A DNA stretch of 64,000 nucleotides from Basidiobolus meristosporus CBS 931.73 (Eukaryota > Fungi > Basidiobolomycota): NCBI GenBank assembly GCA_002104905.1, contig MCFE01000225.1:1-64000 (forward strand). The letters run 5' to 3'. The notes beneath the pieces were generated by a model. That model had not been told where the DNA came from. It saw nothing but the letters and a program-made list of their open reading frames with translations, and searched no databases. Below are positions 10,760 to 22,147 of this stretch, piece after piece. How positions within the stretch are numbered: the stretch's first letter is position 1; every line of letters begins with the position of its first letter. The translations under genes and the position numbers were made by a program.

Positions 10760-13700
10760 ATGACACCTGGCCATAATTATCTACCAGACGAGTCGTCCGC
10801 CCAAGTTCCCGGATTTCCGGAGCAACAGAGAGCGATTATCTTTAGTCGGGACGGCAGGAAATGCATGAACATTACAATCGCGAAACCGCCCACTCCCCCC
10901 TCCTTAAACATCGAGCCAGTGGATATATTTCTAGACACGTGCCCACCTCCAGCACCCACCTCTGCCTCTACTTCTACTAAAAAAAAGAAAAAGAGGACAA
11001 AGAACAAGAAAAAGGGTGACAGTACGACTCAGCCAGATTCAACCACTGTCGAGAATAGGGTTGATGCCTGTATAGAAATGACTGCCGATTCTTCCAAAAT
11101 CCCTACTTCTATGGAAATGACCAAATCTATCTCTTCCCACATTTCTACCCACCCGGTGCATCCCGAGGAAGGAGCTTCAAAGAAGAAGAAGAAAAAGCAT
11201 GAGGAGGGACAGGCTTCCTTACAGCAACATTCACATCCCCTCAATAACTTTCCGGACACCTCGAACGACGCCATTTGGAACAGTGATAACAGTGAGGAGC
11301 GTCAGCGAATCCGAGACTTTTGGTTGCATCTGGGTGAAGAAGAACGGAGAGCACTGGTTAAGGTTGAGAAGGAGGCAGTCTTACGGAGGATGAAAGAGGA
11401 ACGAGACCCTTGCCCTTGCGCACGCTGTGGGCAGAAAAGGTATATTGTAGAATCCATTCTCATCTCATCACCATGGTTCAACCTATCTCACCACCGTTTC
11501 TTTGTATGAATAGGCAGGCGTTGGAAGACGAGCTCGAAGTGTTATATGACGCATATTATGACGAACTCGAGCAGTATGCCAATCATCAACAGCAATACCT
11601 TGCTTGCGAGAACCAGAGCGATTGCAGCGAAGAAGAATATGAAGTTGAATTTGAAGAAGAGGAGGTAGTGGAGTACGAAGATAGCGATGAAGAGGAGGAG
11701 GAGACAGAGCATAATAGTGCGTATTTTGACCTCGGGGATAGCTTGAAGATCAAAGGTTCCTATTTTTCTAGTATCATTCTTCCACTTTTGACTAACTTTA
11801 TTGCCACTTGCACTAGGTGGAATACTTACTGTGGCGGACGATCTCATAAAAAATGATGGCAAACGGTTCCTAGCTATGATGGAGCGACTTGCCAATCGGA
11901 GTGTACGAAAAGAAGAGACTCCATCAGTCAATGATTCAAGAGCACGGATGCATCATGAGAGTGGCCCACCTAGCTCCAATATTAGCATGGATGGAGAGGT
12001 TCAGACCGATGGAGACAGAAGTCTAGACGTATGTATATCTCTAGGAACCGATAGAGAATAGCATTTATTCTAAACGCTTTCATGTTCAGGAGGGAGGCAA
12101 AGATGATCAGTCTATTGATGAGAATCGACGAATGTTCCAAGTATTTGCTGCTCGCATGTTCGAGCAACGAGTGTTGACCGCATACCGGGAGAAGGTATTT
12201 TTGGAATTCTTGGGATCGTTAAAGCGATGGTCTCCTGTTAAACCTGAGCATTTGAAATACTAGATTGCTCAGGATCGTCAGCAAAAGTTACTCCAAGAGC
12301 TAGAAGAAGAGAATCGACTACAAAGAGAAAAGGAGGAGCGTAGACTAAGGAAACAGGAGAAAAAGAAGGAAAAGCGGAGGTATATGATTCTATTATTGAT
12401 AATCCCCTCTGTTTGATGGTCAGGTACTAACGTTTTCTACACCAGACAACTGAAGGAGCAAAAAGAGCAGGAGCGGTTAAAAAAGGAAGAGGAGCTGCGG
12501 CTAAAAGAAGAGGCTCTAAAGGCCCAAAGAGAGGCTCAACGAAAAAAGAAAGAGGAAGAACGATTGAGAAAGGAAGAGCAGAGAAGGCAAGAAGAGCGGC
12601 TTCGTCTAGAAGCAGAGAGAAAAGCCAAGGCACAGGAGGATAAAGCTCGTAAGGAGAGAGAAGCCAAGGAGCAGGAAGAGAAAAATCGTCGAGCAAAGGC
12701 TGAGAAAAGTGAACCACAGCTAGCTGAAGAGAAGCATACCACAAAGGCACCTAGCCAGCTTCCAACGAAGACAAGCTCTCTTGAATTACCTTTGGGTGAT
12801 CAAGAGGATCACAAGCCAGTCAAACCGGTTGCCGACTCCCATTCAAACCCAAGCATCGACCCGATTATACTGAATGGAGCATCTCCTGTGCGTCCGTATT
12901 ATCAAGTCGCACAGGCTCCTTATGGCTTTCTTCCGACATCTCCTGTTGCTGTATCTCCCCTGTATAAGCCCAATAGAGCATCAGCCGAGTCGGAAAGTGT
13001 GACACGTAAACTCTCGGAACTTACACTTCAATCATGCCTCACCTATGGAACGGAGGCTGCAAACAAACCCTCGAATGAATCTGAACCCTCCACCAATACA
13101 AGTGAGGGTGACCAAAAGCGCGGTTCGGTTTCTTCGACGCTTGAATCTATATTCTCAGCTCAAGGTCCTTCAGTTGGCGTCGGAGGCTCATCCAATAGCC
13201 ATTTCCCTTCTGGAGTTAGCCCTATCCTTCCGTTTGCTTTGAATAGGCCTCTCCTCTTGGTGATGCAACTCTAGTGCCGGCACCTGGTGTGAACCCAGGT
13301 AGCGTTAAGGAAGTAAATAATGGGACAGGAGTTGGTGCAAATACATCGCAGTCAGAATTTGATGAGATTCCTTCGAAAGTTATTCGCCCCCCTCAATCGA
13401 AGGTTATAGCAAGGCCCTCACCGATACAGCAGCCTAGGAATCTGCCCACTTCTTCCGAATATTCCCATCTATCATCGCCCAGCATAGCATCATTCGGTTT
13501 GCCCAAAGTGTGGAATGCTGAAGCAGATAGTCCGCCAGTTTCACATTCCTCACCCACGACATCACCCATTAGCCAACCCTCATCACTCTTCTCTGGACCT
13601 CTCTTTGGTTCTTTAATGGGTACAGTATATGACATCTCGTTGAATGCATACCAAGCCCCGTGCTAAAATACGATTTAGAGAACCAGCCCACCGCCCCTAA

Positions 13701-13985
13701 CCCACCGCCAGCTTTCGACTCCAGTTCAACACCCTCCTCAAACCATTCCATGCCAGGATTTAGTCGTATGGGTCATGGCTGGAATCCACCCACCAATGCT
13801 TCCGAATTGTTTAGAAAGGAAATCGGCTCCGATTGGGCATCAAGACAAGGTAATGCTGAGCGTAGGTTTATGATGGCTGTTCTCGAGTTAATGATTGCTT
13901 GAATGTAGGCCTCTGGTTTACGCATCCTATGGCACCACAGGTGTACAGTGACAGCTCACGAGGGTACATTCAGGATCCTATGGTA

Positions 13986-14016
<31 letters not shown>

Positions 14017-14580
14017 TTAGGCTTGTGCTAAATTGACTCTACTTAGGTCGTTCTCTGGGACCAAATTCGGCAGGCATACTATCGCTTGGAGTCAAGACAA
14101 GGTGTTCAAAGCCTACACCAACTGGCCTCGAATTTCTACTCGCTGATAGAGCTAAAGAACACTCATGTAGAGCTTTTTGGGGAGAGTGCAACCGATGAGG
14201 CTAAGATTTTCGAGGCTTGCCAGGTTGGCAATCGGTGGAGCCAATCTACTGGACAAGGCTTGTTTATATTTAAGCAAGATCCATCACAGCCCAACATTAT
14301 ATTGGCACGGTTCGAAGAGCCAATTACGAATCCACTTCGACAGCCACCCGCTCCCAACATGCCCTCCCTTCCCAGGGGCGTCGTTCCGATGGTGCATCCC
14401 CTGAACCCTCAAGCTGGACTATACGGCGATGCTTATCTTGATAGCATCATGACCCACAACTATCCTACCGCGAGCAATGTTGCCAACATCTTTGGCCCCC
14501 CGCCTCCAACATCATCCCGAAAGGCAAGTGGACCCTCTACCTCCAATGTTGACCTAGGAGTCAATGGTGTATTGTCATAG
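10760..14580 (+). CDS. NST1: Stress response protein Nst1, multi-exon
   Basis: Conserved Nst1 blocks are present: [82 protein letters not shown] and [22 protein letters not shown] long E/K/R coiled coil and a Ser/Pro-rich tail follow. 3' exon boundaries are approximate. Confidence 0.85.
13986..14008. repeat. (TG)n microsatellite inside an NST1 intron
   Basis: Perfect TG run directly after the GTATGT donor at 13983. Confidence 0.95.
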
Positions 14581-14953
14581 CATCATCTATAAGAGGCTCC
14601 ATCTACTTGTATACTACCTTCCGGACTTACATTACATATGGGTCTTCCTATATATACCTCATTAATTGAACGTTTGTAATTTGTTTTCGGGATTTTTTGG
14701 ATACAGATCCATCCTCTGCTCACCCACCACTCTGCTCGACAAATTTCATCTTCATTGTGCAATACAAAATCTGATAATATAAAATGGGCCAGAAAACACT
14801 AGAAAGCCAAAACATCACTTATTGATTTAAAAAAGTCCTTGTCATCACGTGCCGCAGATTTCGTTTTTTTCCCATTCATCCTCTTGGTGCGGCCCGCTGT
14901 ACTTGTAAATATTACACAAACGCGTCTCAGGAATAGTATATTCAAGGGACAAC

Positions 14954-15537
14954 ATGGCCACGTTTAAATTCTGTTCCGAATGGTATGCTAATTTGCCTTT
15001 ACCGGTCTTGACGCTCCATTTGTGCCAAGACAGATAGCTTTACTTGGATGGTTTTGTAGAGTAAAAGCTAACGTTTGTTTCTATTTGCTCCATCGCCAAA
15101 GCAACAACATGCTGTATCCCAAAGAGGATCGTGAAAATAAGATCCTATTGTTTGCTTGTCGTAACTGTGATCATCAAGAAGAATCGGACAACAACTGTGT
15201 CTATCGTCATCAGATTGTTCACGTTCCTTCGTAAGTTTTCCCCTCGCCTCGGTGTTTCTTCCTTTTTGTTAAAAATTTGCATCCTCAGTGAGCAAACTAT
15301 GATATTGACTGACCTTGGTTTTGATCCTACTTTGGTAAAGTACTTCAGTGTAAACTTCTTCACTTCCGCTCCTTGCTGACCGGAGTATTCTAGCCACGTA
15401 CCAACATTGCTTGTCCATCCTGTGGCCACACGGAGGCTGTGTTCTTCCAGTCTCGTTCACGTCGCCCGGAAACAAAAATGACCTTGTTCTATGTGTGTTG
15501 TAATAGTGATTGTAACCACCGTTGGGTATCGGCATAA
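14954..15537 (+). CDS. RPB9: RNA polymerase II subunit Rpb9
   Basis: Spliced product: [77 protein letters not shown]. It contains two zinc ribbons. Confidence 0.97.
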
Positions 15538-15867
15538 CACTTGGTAAGGTTTCGACTGAAACCGGTCAGACACAAAGCATCTCCAGTTCCTTTCGACCCG
15601 AGAGTTGGAGTGAGCACCCGAGAAGACAACGTCACATTTTAGTAATCCAGCGGCAGCAAACTGATTGTTTTTCTCTTGTATGTTTATAAAATCACTATTT
15701 CTACAATACAGTACGTCTGTGATTTGATTTACATTGGAAGATTTATTGAGTTGAATGAATTATGCTTATGCTGTAGTATCAGTGGCTTACGGAGACGACA
15801 TGCTTGGTTTTTCGAAAGGATTTTATTGATGTCATGCTAAAGACATCCATGGATAGGCGTTTTGCTA

Positions 15868-16419
15868 TTACAAATGCATATCCTCGATGATGACTCTACG
15901 TGCCTTGAGAACCTCGGACTCAGGCTTGGGGAATTTGATTGTAAGCAGGCCGTTTTGAATTGTGGCGCGTACGTGCTCCATGTCGACCTTACCAGGAAAG
16001 ATGATGGTTCTTTCGAATTGTCCAACAGATCTCTCCTGAGCCCAGACCGTGGTACGGTTGATATCAAATGGATTGTTGGACCAATTGCCCTTGAAGTTGT
16101 TCTCGGCTGCTTCAACACCACCACGAAGAATTGCAATGTTGTCGCCAATGATTTGAAGGTCAATCTTGTCCTTGGGAACGCCGGCAAGCTCGGCCTCAAT
16201 GGTGTAGGCATAGTTGCATTCAACCATGTTAATACGCGGCTTGGATCCCATAGGGATGGGCTTTGTATTAGAAAATTTCGACCACCACTGGTTCAGCCCG
16301 GTACGATTGCCGTTCTGAATTGAACGAGAGACGACGCGCATCAAATGCCACGAATTACGCCAGTACATAGCACTACCAACCCAGAACAAAGGCGAGGTGA
16401 AGATTCTTGTTAAGAACAT
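15868..16419 (-). CDS. Small heat-shock protein (HSP20/alpha-crystallin domain) with presequence-like N-terminus
   Basis: Contains EAELAGVPKDKIDLQI, ERSVGQFERTIIFPGKVDMEHVRATIQNGLLTIKFPK. A TATATA sequence lies about 40 nt upstream. Confidence 0.93.
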   Translation of the reverse strand: MFLTRIFTSPLFWVGSAMYWRNSWHLMRVVSRSIQNGNRTGLNQWWSKFSNTKPIPMGSKPRINMVECNYAYTIEAELAGVPKDKIDLQIIGDNIAILRGGVEAAENNFKGNWSNNPFDINRTTVWAQERSVGQFERTIIFPGKVDMEHVRATIQNGLLTIKFPKPESEVLKARRVIIEDMHL

Positions 16420-16498
16420 TGTTAAACTTGTCTGGCAATGGTTTCCTCAAATCAGTATATATAGACTAGAAACAACCACTTCAGAAGCATACGAAAGC

Positions 16499-16511
16499 TG
16501 CGGAATCCGCA
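16499..16511. promoter_or_regulatory. Palindromic motif TGCGGAATCCGCA in the divergent sHSP promoter
   Basis: Perfect 6-bp inverted repeat with a 1-nt spacer. Its exact reverse complement recurs at 16677-16689. Confidence 0.55.
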
Positions 16512-16676
16512 TGACTCCCCTTTGACAACGGTTCTTGCTTTAATGGCAGGATCCCGATGCGACATCCATTTGAATGCTTTCTACTGACATCAGGGATTGT
16601 GACAAGACTGCTTTTAATCGGGATTATTTTATCGCGGTATAACAATGTCGATTGCTTTAATTAAGCAAAATACAAC

Positions 16677-16689
16677 TGCGGATTCCGCA
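16677..16689. promoter_or_regulatory. Palindromic motif TGCGGATTCCGCA (second copy)
   Basis: Reverse complement of the 16499-16511 copy, in the same intergenic region. Confidence 0.55.
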
Positions 16690-16859
16690 ATAGGATCCAT
16701 AATGCACAACGTAATGCCAAATCCAAACCACATTCCACCTCAAGATTGCGGAGGGGAAGCAGAACTAGCCCCATGAAGTTTGTTGATATTTAACAACCTC
16801 AAGAGAGGCTTGGAATGGAATAAAAAAATCATCTTCTCGACAGTACACCAGAGTTCAAC

Positions 16860-17416
16860 ATGTTCTTCCCACGTCGCTTTGCCGCCGCCTTGGAGCACAA
16901 CCACTCCGCCATGCACCCTCGTCTTCTACAGAAGATGATGAAATATGATCAAAAGATGGCTCGGAAGATGGCTTGGTCGAATCGAAGATGGCCCGCAAAC
17001 TTGAGAAGCACAACGCAGGTCGAGCCTGTGGTTTCCATGGCTGGAACCAGGGACCCTTTAGTAAAGGACCACAGCCCAGAGCCAACCTTGCTGAATCCCC
17101 CAGCCACTATAGCCTCGAAGTGGAGTTACCTGGTTTGAATAAAGAGAACATTGATTTGGAGCTTGTTAATGATAAGGTAGCCATCCTCCGCGGGGAGTTT
17201 GGCTCAGCAAACTCCAAAGTCAAGGAGACAATCGATCAGCTCAATACCCCCTGGGCTCAAGGGCGACTCATTGGAGCGTTTGAACGCACCTTTGTGTTCC
17301 CAGACCGGTTTAATCTTAACGAGGTTAAAGCCACTATGAAAGACGGTTTGTTGAAGGTCGAGTTTCCCAAGCATAGTGAGGACATTCTTAAGGTCAAAGC
17401 AATAAATATAGAATAA
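16860..17416 (+). CDS. Small heat-shock protein paralog with an apparent 1-nt frameshift near 16975-16985 (disrupted allele, assembly error, or downstream ATG 16988 start)
   Basis: The alpha-crystallin domain (LEVELPGLNKENIDLEL..FERTFVFP..ATMKDGLLKVEFPK) is in the frame of ORF 16973. The N-terminus homologous to the neighbouring sHSP is in the frame of ORF 16860. Confidence 0.85.
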
Positions 17417-17976
17417 ACGCAAATCCTCGTGCTTCAGCATGAAGCATCATTTAGAAATAGATCAACTTGGGTCTCAGACCAGGCTTCCACAACAAGCGTC
17501 CCCATTGGATCTTAGGGAGTCAAGGCCAATGAAACCATGCTGCATCGGAAAAACTTAACTTCCTACGTTCAGTATAAAGAAAAGTGGGCAGTTTTCCCCA
17601 GAGGCTGATTCGTTCCTGTATTCGCTGTATTTGGGCTTGCTCGCAGACGTGTGATTATATTCGATGCTGGAAGTTGCTTTTTCTGAGTTCACGTTACACA
17701 GGGCCAATAGAGTCGCGTCTGGGTTTCTTCATCAGCACTGGGATGTTGTCATTGAAGGGCAAAGGCGGTTGAATCAAATACCATGTGAACTTGGATACAT
17801 TCCTCTTTTCCCATAAGTGGTCTGTGTGACAGCGCTGGAATCCGTAAAATAAGCCAAACCGGTTCCTCCCCTCCGTCTATTGGAAAGCGATTTCCTGGGG
17901 TCCGAGGATTTTAGCTTTTTGCATTTCACATTCTAACCCACGTTCCTCCAAACAGCCCCTTAAACTAGGCGGATCT

Positions 17977-18046
17977 TATTGATGAACACTGTCCATATTT
18001 GAATCATTCTCTATTGATGAACCCTGCTCATATTTGAATCATTTTC
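17977..18046. repeat. 35-bp tandem duplication upstream of the C2H2 gene
   Basis: tattgatgaacactgtccatatttgaatcattctc followed by tattgatgaaccctgctcatatttgaatcattttc. Confidence 0.9.
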
Positions 18047-18179
18047 GACATTGTAGCGACCCCAGCTAGCGAAACACCCTGGCTTCGGAATATCTTAAAT
18101 AGGCTGGCTTGAGGCGAACGAATCTACTGACCATTGCTTAGTTCATGTTCTTTCACCACTGACTGTCTACACCCATCAA

Positions 18180-19258
18180 ATGTTCCCTCGCAGCAATTTC
18201 GAACATGGTACGATGGAGTTCATCTGCTCGGATTTCGTTTCTTGATAATAATCCAATATCTGCTCCACCTAGGTGACAGCTCAACCACGGTTCTACTTCC
18301 ATCCATAGAACGGCTCAGTTATGCCAGCTCCATTGGACCCTTCGCAAATAGAACGCTGAGCGAGCTCCCACCTTTGTCCCAATTTCTACTTGATACTGAC
18401 AAGTCCCTCTCACACTCCTCTAATACACTGCCTGGGCTCATGAGCCTACACGAATGTTTCAGTAGTTCCGATTCAGATGATGATGCTTCTCTTCTAAGGC
18501 TGCCTCCCATAGCCAGCTGTTTCGAGCCACCCACGGTGACCAATCCACAACGCGAATGGAGGAGACCCTATGATACTTCCCCAACGGATATAAACGTACG
18601 CCCCAGGTCCCAATCGTTGGAGTCGCCACATGATCATATCTTGGCCGATGGAAGGTTTAGCCCAACTTGTGCTCACTCTACGTTGCTACAAGACACACAT
18701 ACGCATACAAGAAACCTCTACCCGAACCGATCATATCAAGGCAGCCAGAGACTTGCAGCAAAGCGTTCTTGGGATCAAGAGCTTCGGCCAACAGCTGAAA
18801 ATACCTCACGGCGATATTCTGGTGAGCGACACCCCTCGCCCACATCCCAAGACAATAGCAAGAAAGTTCACGCTGCAAACTCTGTGGAGTTAGAAGGCCG
18901 GAGAGAGGCCCCCCTTTCACCAACATCCTGCAATGTTCAGCCGCTAGCACTGGTGAGCCCCCGATCAATTCATTTCCCTGCTGTCCAGCCGTCACTACTT
19001 GAATCCAGTCCCAGTCCCTCACAATTCAGCTCCACAGGAGCTAAAAATCACGCATGTACAGTAGCCGGGTGTGATATGAGATTCAAGCGGTTGGAGCATC
19101 TGAAGCGGCATCTACGAGTCCACACCATGGAGCGACCATTCTCTTGTACATACGCGGGCTGCCGTAAGAGTTTCTCAAGGCGGGACAACCTGGGGCAACA
19201 TTTAAGAACACACCAACGGCAGGAGGCGAAGGCCCACCGACCACATGTACAAAATTGA
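18180..19258 (+). CDS. Two-finger C2H2 transcription factor (Nrg1/Msn2/SteA-type fingers)
   Basis: ATG 18180 in TCAAA context. Exon 1 (MFPRSNFEH) is spliced via GTACGA..CTAG (18208-18272) into the long ORF. The C-terminal fingers read [53 protein letters not shown]. Confidence 0.88.
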
Positions 19259-19391
19259 AAAGCGGCCAGTTGTATGGTTAGGATAGAGTTTATTCATCAT
19301 ACTTGGACGAAAACGAACAACGAATACCGAATAAACATAATAAACTAATAATAGGGTTTATCTGACCAGTTATAGTTACGGTTGGGCAGCA

Positions 19392-21064
19392 TCATCCAAG
19401 GCAGAAACAACAGCCGCTCCTAGACGTCCTATCGGATGGAACAAAGCCAAACATCGAGTCCGCACTGTCGTAGCGGTCCTCGAACTCATTGGTCAGGCAG
19501 TCCTCCTCAGCAGCCTCGTCGTCACTTAGATTCTGTACACGGATTTTCTGACGACAAGCCGGCTGTCGTTCCTTGGGGGTGAGTCGGACGTACTCGCTTT
19601 TCCGTAGATGAAACCATGGGGAGTACCGTGGGCTGGGGCTGGGGCTGTGGTTGTATTCGACAATCTCGCGGTCGGCTCTCCGGGCCACCGGCTCGCTATC
19701 CTTGCTTTTGCCTAAGATGTGGAAGCCTTCTGTGGCGAGTCGTTTGAAAAGGGAATCGTCCTCGCCGTGCCGCTCCACCAGTATGGTGGGGCTGGGGTAC
19801 TCAGAGTCGGTGGCGATCGACGACCACGACGTGTATGAGTCACATCTGCTGGGGGTTGAGCAGTTAGAATAGCTAAACTCGCTGTTCGGGCTGTGCTTTC
19901 CTTTTACGGACGAGAGCAATGTGGATTTAGAGGGGTTATTGAGAAGGGATTTGGCTATGAGATGGCTGGGATCTATGTATGGTTGTTGGTTGGCCGATCC
20001 TTCCCGGGGGTTTTCGGTGCTTTTGGGGAGATTAGTATTTTCAATGTTGCCCGCGGTCAGATAGTCAATAGGGTCAATGTTTATACACACACTCTCTTCC
20101 GGAGAATGACTTGGCTCGTCTTCGATGAAACGTTCCACCGACTGTACCATGGCGAGTAGCTTGTTAAGTGTGCACCGTCGCTTGGGGTTGATCTCTAAAG
20201 TCTGGTATAGAACGTTGGCTGCCTCGCGTGTTAACGGGAACATTTCCAAAAGGATGGTTTGATCTCTGAAGAACGCTGCAAAGGTGGGGTCAGCCAATGT
20301 GGCCTGCTTCCAGGGATTTCTACCAAAGCACAGGTTGATGAGGATGATCCCCAGTGCCCACACGTCGCTGGCAGGTGGAGAATAGCTGCACTGGTTGGAT
20401 GCAGCAAACCCTGTGCGCGAAGCGACCTGGGATTCTGTGTGAAGGTTGGGTTTAGTGAATGGCTCGTGACAGCCTCAAGAAGCGCGGACTTACCGGGACT
20501 CATATAGAAGCTGCTGCCGCAGCCGAACTCGTTGGATATTCGGTCGGTCGTGGCTAGTCCGAAATCCGCCAGTTTGAACAAACCATTGTTGGAGATAAGG
20601 ATATTCTCCGGCTTGATATCGCGATGATATACACCTTTGGAATGGCAGTATTCAACTGCGTGAAGGACTTGCAAGAATGCTTGCTTCACCAGCGCATTTC
20701 TCTGAACACTGGTCCCACCAAAGCCAGGCCCCTTACAACTGGTAATGGCTTCGTAAAGGTCCCCTCCTTCACAATACTCCATCCCGATGTATACGCATTC
20801 TTTCGTTTCAACCACAAATTCAAGGCTTATGATGTTAGGGTGCTGGCCTAAAGAGGAGTGTATGGCAATCTCTTGTTGCTGAATGTTGGCTTGACGAGAG
20901 CCGACCGGATGTCTGGGCAGGCACTTCACGGCATAGAGTGCGTGTGGGGGGTTGCAACCTCTTCCGAGATATATAGAGCCGTAGGTGCCGTGCCCAATGA
21001 CATCGACGAGTTGATATTTAGTAGTGCCGTCTTGTATGATTTTTCCGACTTGGTTAGCAGTCAT
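19392..21064 (-). CDS. Ran1/Pat1-family Ser/Thr protein kinase, 2 exons
   Basis: Motifs GHGTYG, YAVKCL, HPNII, MEYCEGGDLYEAI, YHRDIKPENIL, LADFGLATT, FGCGSSFYMSPE, DVWALGIILINLCFGRNPWKQA. Confidence 0.93.
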
Positions 21065-21753
21065 TTATGATACTCTATGTGTTTTGAAATGTGACAAAGA
21101 AATGGGCAGAATGATGGACTAAGATGACCTTGGTTTTTAGGGAGGCCCTTCAAGGAGAAAAACAAATGGGAACCAGTTCCAATAGGGATCACTTTGGTGG
21201 AGCAAGTTGAGCGGTTAACGAGGGCTGAGGGTAGAATAAATAGGGCGACCTTTGCTCTATCGAGGCTCAATATCAAAAGATAGATAGCACGACGCTCCGA
21301 AGGAAGAAACTAATATATAACCAATGTTGGAAACAGTGGGATTTTAGGAAAGAGAACACGAGGTGGTAGCTGCGAGATCCAAAATGCGAGGCGGGGAATT
21401 TAGGATGAGCGGTGAGCAATTGGAGTCCATAAAAGTGTGTTCAGGGGAAAATGAATTGGAGTGTTTGACCTTTGAGGCAAGGTTGGGTTCCATTCTCCGT
21501 GATTTTATTCACCTTGTTTCCCTTGTATTTGCGCATTTCAAGGAATTCGTTGAAACCTGACGAATCTTGACCACCGAACCCCGATATTAATGGGCTGATT
21601 CCCGATGTTTCTTGGAATCATGTCCACACGTCACCAGCGTTCTAAAAATACATCGCCAATTCCACTTCCAGGGCAATGATTCCGATGCATTCCTAACTAA
21701 AGTGCGTGAGCGCTGCATCTAATGGGAGAGAACAATGTCTGCGACGATGTAGG

Positions 21754-21793
21754 ATGTGTGCTGTGTGTGCTGTGTGTGCTATGTGTGCTATGC
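21754..21793. repeat. Short 9-bp tandem repeat (T[GA]TGTGTGC)x4 in the kinase/MFS intergenic region
   Basis: atgtgtgc tgtgtgtgc tgtgtgtgc tatgtgtgc tatgc. Confidence 0.8.
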
Positions 21794-22147
21794 TTTGCCC
21801 TGCTCCGAATAGCATCTCCAGCGTCGACTGTGCCAAATAACATGCTTACCTTGCCTGCATTGGGTGAAAGTAGCGCCTATTCGAATGTTTAGCCAATACA
21901 CTTCTCCATGCCCTTTCCGTGCCCTCTCCCGCGCCCTTTTCGCCTCTCAATTTCCTTTTCAGTAGATATCATTTGATCCATCTTGTCAAAGCATTTGGTA
22001 GCACTCCGGTTTAAGATGCTCAAAGCTATCATTTAATTAATCACACTTGAGCCGTTATAAATAATCTGTTTTGGATTCAATCTCCAGCCATCCACAAAAA
22101 GGTTATCTTTCTGTTCATAATTGGCTTGTTTTGACTCGCGGGGAAAT

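Noticed and set aside
13215-13274. Frame change in NST1 that could be a 32-nt intron (13215-13246) or a frameshift
   Set aside because: Unresolved: an alternative GTGAGG donor at 13102 spliced to the acceptor at 13274 also restores the frame. RNA-seq is needed before calling anything unusual.
18014-18129. TGATGA ... CTGA pair resembling a C/D snoRNA
   Set aside because: No terminal stem, no C'/D' boxes and no rRNA complementarity recognised. The TGATGA belongs to the 35-bp duplication.
18134-18439. Apparent non-AUG N-terminal extension of the C2H2 ORF
   Set aside because: Explained by a normal ATG at 18180 and an intron at 18208-18272.
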